From: the human T2T-CHM13v2.0 reference genome, Homo sapiens | DNA length: 64,000 bases | Strand: one strand, 5' to 3' | Assembly: GCF_009914755.1 (NCBI RefSeq) | Contig: NC_060928.1 | Part shown: one piece after another, positions 1 to 16,886 of the stretch | Numbering within the stretch: position 1 is the first letter of the stretch | Layout of the letters: each line of letters opens with the position of its first letter | The notes under the pieces: model-generated | Databases searched by the model: none | What the model was told of the DNA's origin: nothing | The model's input: the letters and a program-made list of their open reading frames with translations, nothing else | Made by a program: the position numbers and the translations under genes

Positions 1-193
1 GATGAAATGGGAAGAAGAGTGGGGTTGGGAGGCAGGAGACACTCTTAACCTTGTTCCTGCTCTACTGCGTGGAAGGAGAGGAGGGGAGGCGGGGAAAGTG
101 AGGCCCAAAAGGCCCCTCCTGGCCCTTCCCCAAGGCCCGAGCCCCGGGGAGTGCTGCACTTTCGAAGCCTTGTAGCTGTCAACTTACAGATGA

Positions 194-541
<348 letters not shown>

Positions 542-1492
542 CAGTCCCCAGAATTCTGACCTTGCTTATGGGGTGACCGCCAGCTTCCCCTCCCCTAGAA
601 TTCTGACCCAGCTTCTGGGGTGGCCACCAGCTTGCTCACCTGGGCCCGGGACCTGCCAATGCCCCTCCTCGCTCCCAAGGAAGAGGGGAAGAGCCAAGAA
701 CAGCACCTTCCTACCAGAGGGCAGAGGAGCCTTCCTGCCACTTCCTGAACCAGGAGGGAGCATGGCCCCTTTTCGGGGTGGGGCTGAGCTCGCAGCCTGC
801 CCAAGGCCTGCATGAGACCCGCTGGGCCTGACACCCACCTCAGGCATTAGTCCAGGTCAGCAGAGCCACCAGCTCCATTATGGCCCCAAACCTGCCCGCT
901 CCCCTTCAGAGCAGTAGGTATGGGAGGGTGGGAGAAGCAGGGGCCTGGTGTGGATGGTCCCACAGCAGACACCTGGCTGTGACTGAGGTGGCCCGGAGCC
1001 CTCACAGTCCCTCTCCACGTGTGTCCCGCAGCCCTGACTGCAGCTCGCTGACGAGACACCATCTGGCCCAGCAAACAGGCCAGGTACTGAATTTAGGGCA
1101 CTGGATGACAACACCTCCTGGAAGCTAAATCTCGGCTCTGAGAAAGAGGACACGAGCAGGGGCCACGCAGAGACCCCCAGAAAGGAACCCAGAATCATTC
1201 TCTGCCCTGGCACCAAAAACCTCACAACACTAGTGCAAGGAGTTCCCAGCAACGCCAGGTCAACACGGGCCCCTCGCTGCTTGGTAAGCGGAGGAGACGG
1301 CTCAGCCACAACGCAGGTGCATGAAAGGCTGATGGCAGCGTGGTGCTGGCACACAAAGCCCCAGTCATCACACAAAGCCCCGGACCAAAGAGGGGACTGA
1401 GCCTCTGAGCAAAGAATGGAGTACTTGCATGTCCCCTCGGCTCACTCACACACTTCCTCTCCTGTGCTCTGGAGAGGCCAAGAACCACCGCC

Positions 1493-1655
1493 GTGTGTGT
1501 GCAAGTATGTACATGTACACACATGCACCTGTCCATGGCTGTGTGCGTGTGAATCTGTGCGTTGTGCATAAGTGTGTACATGCATGTGCGTCCATGTATC
1601 TGTGTGCATGTGAATATATGTGCAGGCATGGATGTGCATGCGTGTGTGCATGTGA
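1493..1655. repeat. Degenerate (TG/TGCA/CATG)n alternating purine-pyrimidine repeat
   Basis: gtgtgtgcaagtatgtacatgtacacacatgca...gtgtgtgcatgtg. Confidence 0.85.
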
Positions 1656-2044
1656 GACCAGTGCAGCAAGTGTCAAGATGAGCTCCCACAGGGGTGACAT
1701 GCCTGTCTACTTGGCAGGGTAAATGCTAGAAACGGGCGCTCATCACCAAAATAAAAGGCATGGGAGGTAGGGAACCCTTCAGGGACGGGCCTGATACTTG
1801 ACCCCTCCTGGCCCTGCCTCCAGTTAGCGGGGATGCTTGGTGCCCTGCAGGGAAGCCGACTCCCACCTGCAGAAGGCAGCCTGTGTGCCTCAGGGCTCCC
1901 TGCCTTCCTCTTGGGGCAGCTGAAGCCTCTGAATGGTCTCCCATGGAGCTGAGGTGTTACTGAGCACAGACTGCCCTGCCAGGCCTGCTCACTGGTGGGG
2001 TGGGCCTGGTGGGGTTGGATGAGGCAGATTTGCTGTGTGACCTT

Positions 2045-3065
<1,021 letters not shown>

Positions 3066-3733
3066 GACCTGTGTGGAAGGCCCAGAAGCAGGCTGGGGAG
3101 CCAACCCTTGGCCAGACCCCTCCATGCTGCAGTGCCATGCAGGAGGGCCTGGGAGCCCTGACATCCACTTAGCAAACCCTGCCAGGTAACCCTCCTCCAA
3201 GGTAAAACCTCAAATCTGTGGGCCTGTACAACTCTGAGGAAGCTGCTCTTGGGGTGGGCTCAAGCTTCCCTGAAAGACCCTGGGGACCCCCATCCACCTG
3301 GAAGGACAGCCCCCTCGGGCCCTGGACCTGAGCCTCGGAGCCTTTACCCACCCCGGACAAGCGCACGGCGTCTACAACAACCTGCGAGGCCATTTGTGGT
3401 TCTCTGTGATTTGAGGAGGCCTCCATGATGTCTAGGGGCCATGGGCTCTGACGGTATAATTGCCTGCGCGTGGGAAAGGGGCATCCTGAACAGCGTGTCC
3501 AAAGCCATTGCCCCCGAGAACAGGGAAGCTCCGAGTGTCTTCACGACCACGAGGAACAACACTCACCACACCCCGCCCCACACCATGCCATGACGGGCAC
3601 CACAGTCACACTGCTGACTTGGCATCAGTGCCCACAAGCAAATACCCTGCCGCTGTACCTTGATTTCAGTAAATTAAAGACCTTAAAACCAGACCTACAA
3701 AGGTGTTGACCATCTGCAAAAAGAGAGCTGTAA

Positions 3734-3734
<1 letters not shown>

Positions 3735-3780
<46 letters not shown>

Positions 3781-3796
3781 CACGCACGCACACACA
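3735..3796. repeat. (CA)22 microsatellite with a short CACG/CA tail
   Basis: Read directly from the sequence. Confidence 0.98.
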
Positions 3797-6559
3797 GAAA
3801 CCCCGTGCTATTTGAAAAGCTGAGTTAGCCCCTGAGCTAGCGTCCCGGCCATTCAGGACCAGTATTTCAGAGGAAGAGGCCAAGTTTCCCACATGGTCCC
3901 AGCAGTGCCTGGGGCGGGAGCAGGAGGGGTCTTTATTCATTGTGTCAGTCATCCCACCCAGACCCCTCACTGTGAGCAGACACCTTCAGGCAGGGGTCCC
4001 AGGAAATGAATGAACACAGCTTACAAAATTCAGTCTATCCTGATTAACAGAATCCAGAAGAAAATTTGGGGTACTAAATTTCCATTTCTAAGTATGCAGA
4101 GTATAAAGCAAACAATTATAATCTCAACCTACTCATCACTTAGTGTTAAATCTGTCCAGCACGACGGGGCTCACCCTCAAGTGAGCCTGCGGGCCCGACA
4201 GATAAATGGGGAGGGGCGGTTAATGTTCCATCACTGACAAAGCATCTCCCTTTGATTTGAATCCACCAGCTTTATTCAACGACATTTTACAATTTCATTT
4301 TAAATTCAGTTTTTAAATGTCCTTAAATACAATGTCCACAATAAAGGGAATCAATTGATATAAATAGGAAGTACTCACTTGTTAAAATTTTTGAAATAAA
4401 AATTGTAAAAGAATAAATTAGAACCTAGTAGGAAGCTCTTTTAAAATCACACTACATCAATATTTTCTCAAAGATAAATTTTCTCAAAGATAAACAGTGA
4501 AAGTGTTCACTGTTAAAAGGAGTCAAACCCGTAAAGAAGGCATTTCGTTCACGGGGTCAGATGACTACTGAACGGACATCCTCAAAAAAAGCAGGAGAAA
4601 ATATGCACGAACAAAGCAGCTCTCGGTTCAAAAATACAAGGATGGACTGACTCTGGGCTAATTTTGTAAAGCTGATTAAACTGTTAATTCATTCGAGCCC
4701 CTGGTCCCTAATGTGAGCTGTGGCTGCAGGTGGGAGGTGCGGGTTGGAGGCACGTGCAGGGAGAGAGACGCGGTGCGCACGTGTGAGCTCAGCCCGTCTG
4801 ACCCACGTGTGATGACCCTGCAGTGTTTCCCAGCAGTTACGAGGGCTGGCCACCGGGCTCAGAGTTTACACGCACTACCCCACCCACTGGGGCAGGCCCC
4901 AGCCACCTTGAGGCCCAGGAGGGCTGGGGCTCCAAGCCCTGCACAGGGCACGGAAGCACAGCCCATCACACCACGCCTTCCACCCAGACAAGGAGACTGA
5001 CACTCCTGAAGGTAACTCATGGCCAAGACCACATCGCTGGATGCCAAGGCGCCAGATCTCAGCCCAGGTGTCACTAGGACTCTCTGGCATCTATGTGCGG
5101 TAAGGGGGTAAGGGCCCAGGACTGGATCCCTTTCACACTCTTGTTTGCCAAATATGACATAAATCCTGCAGGTGGGGACCTTAAAGAGACACCTTGTCAC
5201 TCCAGGGCAGCAGCATCACAGTCTTGGCCGAGCTGCGGCAGGGAGGATGGGAGCAGGCAGGTGGCGGGACAGATGGGAGGACAGGCAGCACAGCCAGGCC
5301 AGAGAGGACCAGCCCCGCCCCATGGGCCCCAACAAGGGACGGAAGCCCAGTCCAGCTCCTACTGCCTCCCTCCCCACACAGCTGAACCCAGGACATAAGC
5401 TGGGCTCTAAGCTCCAGTTCCCAAGACAGACCACCCCAGGCAGCCAGCTCCCTACCCCTACAGCCCCCACACTCAGCCGTGGAGACCCAGGTGTGTTTGC
5501 CTCCTAGATATCAGCAGATCTCCAGGAGACAGTGGTCACATGCAGACTTCAGCTGGACAGAGGCTAGAGCATGCAGGGGTGAGGACCAGGTGTCTGAGGC
5601 ACCGCCTGGGCCTCTCCAGGGCCAGCTTTCCATTAAAGCCTGGGACTTCTCGCTCCAGCACCAGGAATCCAAGAGCATCGCAAAGAAGCCAGGGAAGAGC
5701 CTCTGCCTGGGACACACAAATGCGGCCCCACAGCTGTGACCCCCACAGCAGCTGTTCCTCAGCCCTCACCATGACCAACTAATGGCCGAGCAAGCCCCTC
5801 CACCCCTCCACCACTGGGGCTAGAATTGTTCACTGCTGCCAATCACAGGCCCAGCCCCTCCTGCACATGCCCAACCCCTCCTGTCCGCACTGAGGCCAGA
5901 CGTCCATGGGCAGTCATGACCCATGTCCCCAAGGCAGGCCTCATCCACAGCAGACACCCCAGGGGCTGCCAGGCTGGGGGCCCACTGACCTGGCAGCACC
6001 ACCAGCCACCGGCAGCAGATCTGGGGCCCCAGACAGGCACACACTCCTGTGGTCCCAGGCACAGCCGTGCTGCCACACCCACCCCAATGTTACTATTGTT
6101 GCTACTGTCTCCCTCCCCATCCATCTGTCCCCTTTCTCTGCCCTCCTCTGGGGTCAGGGAGCTGCAGTGGGCACGCTGGGTCAGCAGGAGGCCTGGCAGG
6201 GAGTGAGGATGGGACGGTCCTGCTCACTTCCTGCCTTGGCCTCCTGCGGACCCCACCCACCCCTGCTCTCTCTCAGGACTCGGTACTGGCCCTCCCTGTG
6301 GCCTTCGGGCCCACACGTGGCACCAAGCCCTGGGCTCATCACCATCCCCGTGGTCAACCCCATTACATGGTGAGTGTCCCCAGCACAGCCTGACCAGGGA
6401 ACTGCTGAGACTGCTGGCTACTTCCTCCGAGACTCAGAAGACCCTGGCAGTTCTAGGGCTTGGTGGGTGGGGGCTGGACACAGTTTAATCCCTCATATGA
6501 CCGTTGACCGGTCACCTGTGAGAGTGGCATATATGTCACCCAGCTCAGGTCACCTGTGG

Positions 6560-7010
6560 GAGTGGCATAGCTCAGATAATCCCTGCAGGAATGTTCTCCA
6601 GGGGGCCTGGGATCAACCCAGCACTCCCAGCTTTCTTGCTTGCTGGTAGAACGTGCTGAGGACGCGGCATCCAGAGATAGGGAGGGACTGCCCAGAACAG
6701 CCTGGAACTTGTCCTTGACCCTCCCAGGGACTGTAACAGCTTGAGTTAGGGAGGAACCGCCTGGGCTTTGCTTCTTTCTCCCTGGAAGCAGGGTGTCCTT
6801 CAAAGCTTTGCCCTGGGGGTCACGTGGTCCCTGAGGGCTCTAACCTGGGCGGCTGCTTGCAGGGCCCTTTAGCCCTGGTGCAAAGAGAAGCATGTGCAGT
6901 CAGCAATCCATCTGCCCTGGGCAGCCTTCCCGACACTGGGGACTGGCTCTGTCCCTTGCTTCCTATCTGTAAGTAATCAACCTGTGTTGCGTAACTTGTA
7001 TGTGAGCATG
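6560..7010 (+). mobile_element. Old ERVL-class LTR (LTR41-like; family uncertain)
   Basis: LTR-like layout (gctttgccct...ggtcacgtggtccctgagg...ttcctatctgtaagtaatcaacctgtg) resembling remembered LTR40/41 sequence. Confidence 0.4.
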
Positions 7011-7189
7011 TAGGTCACCAGCGCATGGAGGACTAAACAGTAGCCCAGGATGCAGTGCCCACAGGCAGAAGTTCCTGGTATTTGGCTATGACGATCTTTG
7101 CTGTTCTCCACGAAGTAGGAGTCTTCTCTTGGGACTGGTAATTAGCGAATCTGCTTTGAAATCCCCACCACCCCAGAGGAGGTAAGGGG

Positions 7190-7290
7190 CTGTTCCCCAA
7201 TTTACAGAGGGAAGAACCAAGGCTCAGAGAGGTTCACAAATCCACCCAAGATCCCACTTCCAATAAGCAATGAGGCCTGCATTTCAAAGC
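7190..7290 (+). mobile_element. MIR fragment
   Basis: ccccaatttacagagggaagaaccaaggctcagagaggtt resembles the MIR core. Confidence 0.7.
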
Positions 7291-7989
7291 CACTCACCCT
7301 GCCTGACGGTGGAAGACTTATCCTGTGACCCGGTTTCCCTGCTTGCTCCTGCTAGGTAATAAGGGTGAAAACAGCACAAAGCCACCACCGATGTTGGTGC
7401 CACAGCCCCAGGGCAGGCGCTGTGCCCTGTGAAGGGAAGGCCTCCCCAGGCCTCAGGTCACAGCTCCAGGCTCACTGTGGCCTTCTGGCCCAGTGGGGCA
7501 CAGGGTGCCTGACGCCAGCTGGGAAGGTGTTGCCTGGTGTGGCACCTGGGACAGCCTGCACATCAACTCTGCCCACCCGGCCTGGCTGCAGACCAGGGCT
7601 CGGTGCTGAGCCCCCAGTCCCACCTACCCCCTGCAGGTGCCTGTGGGTGGACAGCCAGCCCCACACAGTCCTCCAGCCTGACCTGGAACCACAGGTGTTG
7701 TGGGGCCAGCCAGGCCACTGAACGCCCTGCCCGCCCCAAGGGCACAGCCCCCCACCTCTCCAAGCCCTTCAAAGCAAACTGCCAGGAAAGGCTGGCAGCT
7801 TTACGTTCAATTCACATCAATAAGTACTTTACCCAGAGGGTGGCTGTGCCTGTTTAGAGGAATCCTCCACAGCCCAGACGCAACAGGAGCCACGTGGGAA
7901 GGGAATTTAGAGGGTCGGCACTGGGCACAGACGCCCGGGTGGGCTCCAGGTTCTTGGCCGCCTGTCCCCTCTGATTAGCATCTGCAAAG

Positions 7990-8720
7990 TGGGCTTAAGG
8001 ACGCAGAGAACCCGCTTAGCCTGGACAAGCCCTTAGCACCTCGCGTCTCGCCGTCAGGGGTGACGGTGGTGGACGCAGGTGATGAGCATAACGTTGTGCA
8101 TTCCCGCCGCCGCGCCCTCGTCAAGGCGCCCACGGCCTCCGAGCGGGTGACTGGGAATGGCGGGGGCTGTGTTCCGCGATACCGCGATAAAACCCCCACG
8201 TCGCCGCGGCAAAGTCGCGAGAGTACCGTGGACCCCGGAAGAGGCGGCGCGGAGGGACAGTGGAGGCGGGGGCGGGGCCCAGCAGGGGCGGCGCAGCCTC
8301 AGCCACAGAGCCGGGGTGTCCCGGGCGCACGCGGGGGTCACTCCCTAGGCGTCAGGCCCCGCACGCGGAAGTGGGGGAGGGAGGTGGAGGGGGGCGGTCC
8401 AGGCTGAAGGGCGAGCAGTGGAGCTGGGCCACCCCGCAGGCAGTGGGCAGCGGGCAGCGTGGGGAGAGAGGGGCCGGGTGTCCCTGAATGCGGCGGGGGG
8501 ACGGGGAGGGGGCAGGGGAGGCGCGGGCGGCAGGGGTCAGGGTCTCCACATCTCCCCGGGTGGGCCACGCGGGGTTCGAGAGCGCAGTGCGCGGAGGCCA
8601 CAGGCAGCAACCGGGACAGCAGGGGACAAGGGCGTGAGGAGGGGCCGCGCGGCGCCTGTCACTCGAGCCTGGAGCGCTGCCTCTGGGCCCGCACGTGCAC
8701 TCACAAAGGGCGTGTCCCCC
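7990..8720. promoter_or_regulatory. Intronic CpG island; candidate alternative ZFYVE28 promoter and first exon
   Basis: Dense CpGs; TCGCGAGA 8215-8222; GC box 8269-8278; ETS CGGAAGT 8366-8372; E-box CACGTG 8692-8697; possible minus-strand donor GAG|GTGCTA at 8040/8039. Confidence 0.7.
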
Positions 8721-11394
8721 CAACTACCTGCACGCAGCAGGGGCCTCTCAGTGCACGCAGGGTAATAAGGGTAACAACAACGCCAGCCTCCCCAGGGTCT
8801 GCGCCAGTCACCCAGGCCCACCTTCCCACCTGCAGAAATGCCCCCGGCCCTGCCTCCCTGGCCCACAGACTCTCTCCTGTCCCTTCTTCAGGTCCACTCC
8901 CAAATCTCCCACCCTTTGGTGGGAGCCCTGAGCCCTGGCCCAACCTGGGGGCAAAGGCTCCCGCTCCGGCCTGGGTGGAACAGCTCGCCCCACTCATGCT
9001 GGAAGACGGCCAGCACTGGCTGGGCCTGGGTTCTGTGCCTGGAGCTGGGCTACACGGGGAGGACGTCTCCCAGGCCCTCCAGCTCGCCCTCAGCTGGACT
9101 TTGGGTTTTCAAGTTCTGAGAGTCACCCCTGATACCAGAAGGCCCCAACTGGACCACCTGCAGAATAAATTCTGAAGGAAAAGGGAGCACACAAGCACGC
9201 ATGTTTGTTTTCCAGGCCCTGAGGTTCAGACACTGGGGACTGGGGGCTCCCCTCTACCTACAGGAGGGGTGGAGGTGGCAGAGCACGGCCCCTGCCCCCT
9301 AAGGGCAAGGTGAAGGCTGACCCATGTGACCTGCTCGTAGGAAGCCAGGGCAAGATACAGCCAGCCTCACTGTGAACTCAGGTGGCCCAGCGCAGCTCCC
9401 CCAGCGCAGCCAGTGAAGGAAGGACCCTGAGGCTGAATGTGGATGTCCCCAGGAGGCCACCTCTCAAAGAGACTTCCGGGGGGAGTGCGACACAGAATTA
9501 CAGCACCCAGTTATTCCAGCAAAAAACATAGGCGTGAACTCTACACGCACCAAAAACATTCACGTGTACATTCTGAGATGGAATTTTTAACCTCACTAAA
9601 TTTTTATTTAAAATGCTTTTACAGCTGTTACCAGTGCTCATGTTTCATAAGAACCTGCTTATGCAAAGCTGCACGTGGGCCTCCCTCAGAAGCAAGCCCA
9701 GGCCTCTGCAGTTTCCCAGATGGTCTGGTAAATCAGTGCCCTGGGAAGCTTTAGATTGGGGGACTGGTTTAGACACCCCAACAAATCAGTTCCCTGCACC
9801 TGCTGTCTCACCAAGCAGCACCCGTCTCCCGGCCAAGTTGTTCTCACTTGCAGCAGAAGCCACAGCCAGCTCGGAGGGGCAGGTGAAGGGTGGAAGAGCT
9901 GGCAGCCTTCCCCACAGCCATCGTCTACTCAGCTCAGTGGAGTGTTCAGTGGCCCCAGAGAAAACCCTCCAATGGCAGAGGGTAGAGTTCCACGCAGCTA
10001 GAGGCCTCTGCCCCTTGGGGCATGGCAAAGGGCCCCTTTATCACCTCAGTGTAGTCTCTGATGTGGAAACAGACCCCCTCCCACCCACAGAAGGAGATGC
10101 TCCCCAGAAGCCGGACCCTGGCTCTAGGAAGAGGCTGGGTTGGCCCCCTGAGGATGAGGCATCCCCTATCATGCAAAGACATCCTCCTTACAGGAGAAAC
10201 AGCTGGGCACGGCGCCACGCAAACCCCAGGTGATAATGCTGGCCTTGACCGTGGCATTTGTTCTGCAAGCCAAGCCAGACGCAAAGCTGGGAGATAATTG
10301 CAAATCTAGCAAAGCGTTTTCAAAGGGAAAATGAATTTTCAAATCAAATTCTGTCAAGTACTGCCTATACAAATGATGTGCCAAGAACACCGACTGCAGA
10401 AAATTTAACCACGGTAGCTGCAGTGGGATCATAAAGAAACGAACGAACTGCACAGCCTCTCTGTCGCTGCCGAGGAGGAGAATGGGTGGTGAGAGCGCTC
10501 CAGAGGGAAGGGTGCTGCGTGACCAAATGGAATCAGCCTGTATCTGACAGCTGGGCATTTAAACTGCCAGAGATCTCATTTTGAACTCCACAGGTTTAAA
10601 GATTCTTTAAAATGCATTTTAATTTTAAAACTATTAAATAGCAAACTTGCTAGGAAGACAATCAATTCCATTCCCACTGTGCTAGCAGGGTGCCCCCGGG
10701 GTGTCCCCCGCTCAAGCCCCCTGTTGCAGGGGCTGAGCCTCAGGCTCTGCCTGGCTGAGGGCAGCTCAAGAAACTCTGAAAGGGTGGTGGGGATGGGGGA
10801 ACGCAGTCCGGTCAACTCCTAGGATGCATGGAAATTTGCTTGTGGAAAATGGAAACTTAAGCTGCTTATTTATGAATTATTTCTCTCCTTCAAAAATGAT
10901 TTGAGGTGATTTGCTAAGAGCTCACAAGAACTGGGCTTGTTCCTTTAATCAGAGGAGCAATTCAAACACCCAGACAGGGGTCCAAGGTTGTGGGCCAAGA
11001 GAACCCCACAGTGGGCAGTGGGGCCGCAACAGCCGGCCCAGGATGCTCTGGCCTTTGCTTTGTTGGCTCAGGCCTGGGGGGCCATGGGTATCCCACACTC
11101 CTGGGCACACTGGAAGCCATACTCAAGGAGGCCTCACCAGCCCAGGCAGGTGGACTGATGCTCAGTCCTGGACCAGCTCCCCTTGAAGGACCTAACGGAC
11201 TTAAGACACCCAGGGTGGTTGCTCCTTTAATCACGGAGCCCCTGACTCTGACCCAACATGCCAGGTGCCCTCCCCTTACCCAGGGCGACTTGGTACGTGC
11301 CAGTCACGGCAGGTCTGTGTCCAGGTGGCTCCAGCCAGCAGAGACAAGCCCAGGCTCTGCTGCCCAAAAGAGAGCAATCATTGCTTTCTGAAAC

Positions 11395-12480
<1,086 letters not shown>

Positions 12481-12819
12481 ATACACTAAGGGCAGGTGGT
12501 GCTTAGAGGGGCATCCCTGCCATCCTTCCTCCTGGTGACATCTGTGAGTCAAGGGTGTGGAACGCCGCACTCTGTGGACTGACCAGATCTGCTTTCTCAC
12601 ATCAGAGCAATCTAGGCCAGGCTGTTCCATCTGGTGAGACAAGGGTCCCCCCTGCCACAGCCACAGGACCCCACCAAAGCCATGGGCAAGTGTGGACTGG
12701 GCAATGTGGCACCTTTGTTGTGATTAGGACCTAATTTTCCATAAAGAGAGGCCCTCAAGTAAGGAAAAGGTGCCCCCAGAGCCTGCTCTGGGACCTCAGA
12801 CACGGTTCCTACCCACCCA

Positions 12820-13580
<761 letters not shown>

Positions 13581-16500
13581 ATGAAGATGTCCCTCTCCCA
13601 CAGCACCACGATTACCTGATGTCCCACAGCGGAGAGAAGGGGATTTGCCTGGTCCTGTGTCATCAGGGGCACTGAGAAACCCCATGTCAGTGCGTTTATC
13701 CTATGGATCGGCCCTGACCATCACTCGGCCTGAGCCCCCTGGACACACCTGGAGTCAGCAGAGCTGGCCGAGCTGCCCAGCCCATGGATGGGGTGCCCTG
13801 GGCCCACACCCCAGCTCACACTTGGGGGTAAGGATTCCCTAAGTGCCCCCAGTGCCTCTAAGAATAGCCATCACCCCACATTCTGGGAGATCTCTTTCAA
13901 CAAATCTTCCACCCGTGCAGGTGGGACACCGGCAGGACAGAGGTAGCCCTGGACCCAATCCTGCCGGCCCAGGGCCCAGAGCCCACCAGTGAGATGCAGA
14001 GATGGGGCCAGAGGGAGCACCCACCATCCTGGGCATCACTGTACCGGGAGAGGGGTGTCTCCCATGCCTGCTGCCACCCCCACCTCTCGGCTCCCCGGAC
14101 GTGGCAAGGCCATGGGACCACCTGCAGTGGGCCAGTCTGGGGCACCAGATTGCACACCACATCCCTCGCCGGCCACCCCTCCTGCCCACACTGTGATGCT
14201 GGGCGCCTCTCTGACTGCCCTCAGGAGGGATGGGCACCCAACCCTGCCACGTCCATGTGGGTCAGGTGTGTCTCGGATCTTCCTGTGTAATGCAGCATTC
14301 CAGGTGCTTCCACTGAGAAGACACGGTGCCCACTGTCCACCACGAAGACCCCCAGGGAAGAGGACCCAGGCCTGGGGTGAACGTGGACGCAGCATGTGGG
14401 GCGCAGCCCGAGTCTGGCTCTTCTTCTTGACCAGTTGTTAGGTTTCGGGCCCCGCTCCTTAGGAGAAGTTGCAGGTGGGCGACTTGGAGCTGGAGAGAAG
14501 ATGGGGAGCTCACGTGGGGGCTGAGTGGGGAAGCAAGCAGACAGGGGATGGGGTGACCACAGGAAAGGGCAAAGCCACCTGGACACATGGACTCAGCCAG
14601 CACCTGGCGGGGCTGATTTGTGTGGTTGCCCGCGTCGTGCTCCCTGGCACATTCTTCTTTTGTACTGTGGTTATTGCTGAAATAATCAAATAATGCAAAT
14701 ACAACTTAGAAGCATTTGACTTATAAAGGTGCCCGCCACTAACAGATGATTAAGACGATTCCATCATTCTTTAAAAATAGCTGTCCTAAAGGAACGCCTG
14801 CTCTCACCAATGTGTCATTTTATCAGAGGATAAAAATTATTTGCAAAATAGTCCAGTGAGAGCCTGTACTTTATTTTTATGCATTATGAGAGGAAAAATA
14901 TTGACGATGTTCCAGAGGCTTGATGTATGGCAGGAAAAAGCCAAACGGGTATTCGCTCAAGAAAAGCCAGGATAGTATCTGCAGAAAAGTAACTCAGGCA
15001 CAGGGGCTCCCGGCAGGGCAAAAAACAGACAAACAAACAAACAAAAAACAGAAAACAAAAGAGTAGAAAGACTCCCTTCAACAACAGCAGGCAAATAATT
15101 AAACCTCTTCAGTGTCTTTAAGGGCTAAAGCCAAACTGGAAAAGACACAGTCTGGCCACTAAGGCTGGCCTGGGAAGGCCACGCTGCGGGTTCAGTCCTA
15201 ACCCAGCAAACAGCTGGCAGCCCGCCCCCCACCCAGCGTGAGAAGCCGGCCTCGGCGGCAACAGGATGAAGGTTGGGCTCCAGGGCCGTGAGCTGATGGC
15301 CGTGTGTCCCCAGGATCCAGGGCTGGACAGCCACACAGGAGCAGCCTAGAGGCACAGACCCCAACTATGACAGTGATGGAGCTGGGGTCTGGCAGGGGTG
15401 CAAGGCCATGCACGAGCCTCAGGTCAGCCCAGTGGAAGCCTGGAGGGGCGTGCAGCGTGTGGCCGGTTCTGGTGCACATGGCCCATGTGGACATCTGTCA
15501 GAACTGGGGAGCGGGGAGGAGGGCAAATGTTTTGTTTGCTGTTACCTATTCCCGTGACCAACAGGACCCAAAGGACCTTCCAGAGAACCAGAGGTTTCCA
15601 TCCTAGAAGGATGGTGGCGGGGCTGAGTCTGGTTCCGAGAAGGACTCGTGAGGGGGTAGGAATGGTCCCACCACCCTCACAGGAACACAGAGGCGTGTCT
15701 TCACAGCCCTACGCTGCCTCCCCAGCCCTTCCATCGCCGCCTCCTGCCACCACCGCTCCCGCCATCCTCCTTCTAGTCCTCAGCATGCCCAGCAGGTTCC
15801 AGTGCTGGGTCTTTGGCCTCAAGGTTCACCCAACACCTGACTCACCCGATTCGGGTCTCTGCCTGGACGTCACCATCATCGAGGCCTCCTAGCCCCTCCA
15901 GCACGGCACCATGCCCTATCACCCCATGATGTGGGAGGGGTACACAGAGGTGCGGGCAGGCAGGGGTGCTGGGGTTCTGAACAGGGCCTGGATTCTGGGA
16001 AGGGACCTGATGAGGGAGGGCCTGCGGCTGGGCACGGGTGGGCACTGGCTGTCACTCCCTCCGCAGAGGCAGGGGCAGGCACTCCAGGGCTTCGCTGATT
16101 GTGTCAGTTAAACTCCGAGGGTTGGGGCTCATGATGGCAGAGCCAACTGCCTCCCTGGACCAAGGATGCTGCACACCCCTAAGACCTAGCCTCCCCGAGG
16201 CCTCTCCCCGTGGCTGACTCACTGCAGCCTGGACCCAGTCCCTACCCAGGGGCCCTCCTAGCACCCCCAGCCTCTCTGCCAGCCAACCTTGGATGACTAG
16301 GGAGGGCAAAACCACCGCATGCCCACCAGAAGACCACCACGTCTCTGGGCAGACACTCGGGGTACCCTTACCCTATGCCTGAGCCAGCCTCTACCCCCAC
16401 AGCCACCCCCACCACAGGGACAGAAGGCTCAAGAATGCAGTGGCAGACAGACAGCATTCACCAGTCACCCAAAGTTGAATGAGATGATCCACTTCAGCTA

Positions 16501-16590
16501 TGCTCAGACCTTCTTAGAGAGTGACCATGTCTGATAGGGCCTGTGAAATACAAAATGACTTTTAAATAATTTTTTATTATAAAAAGTATG

Positions 16591-16886
16591 AGCTGGGTGC
16601 TGTGGCTCGTGCCTGTAATCCCAGCACCTTGAGAGGCTGAGGTGGGAGAATTGCTCAAGCCCAGGAGTTCAAGACCAGCCTGGGCAACATAGTGAGACCT
16701 ACATCTCTACAAAAAATTTAAAAATTAGCTGACTGTGGTGGCATGCACCTGTAGTCCCAGCTACTCGGGAGGCTGAAGTGGGAAGACTGCTTGAGCCCCA
16801 GAGGTTAAGGCAACATTGAGCCATGATCACGCCACTGCCACTGCACTCCAGCCTGGGCAACAGTGTGAGACCCTGTCTCAAAAAAA
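16591..16886 (+). mobile_element. AluJ-type element
   Basis: Full dimer with gagcccaggagttc and gtgagaccctgtctc diagnostics. Confidence 0.93.

Noticed and set aside
8054-9175. Multiple ORFs up to 238 aa over the intronic CpG island
   Set aside because: GC-driven open frames with no recognisable protein similarity.
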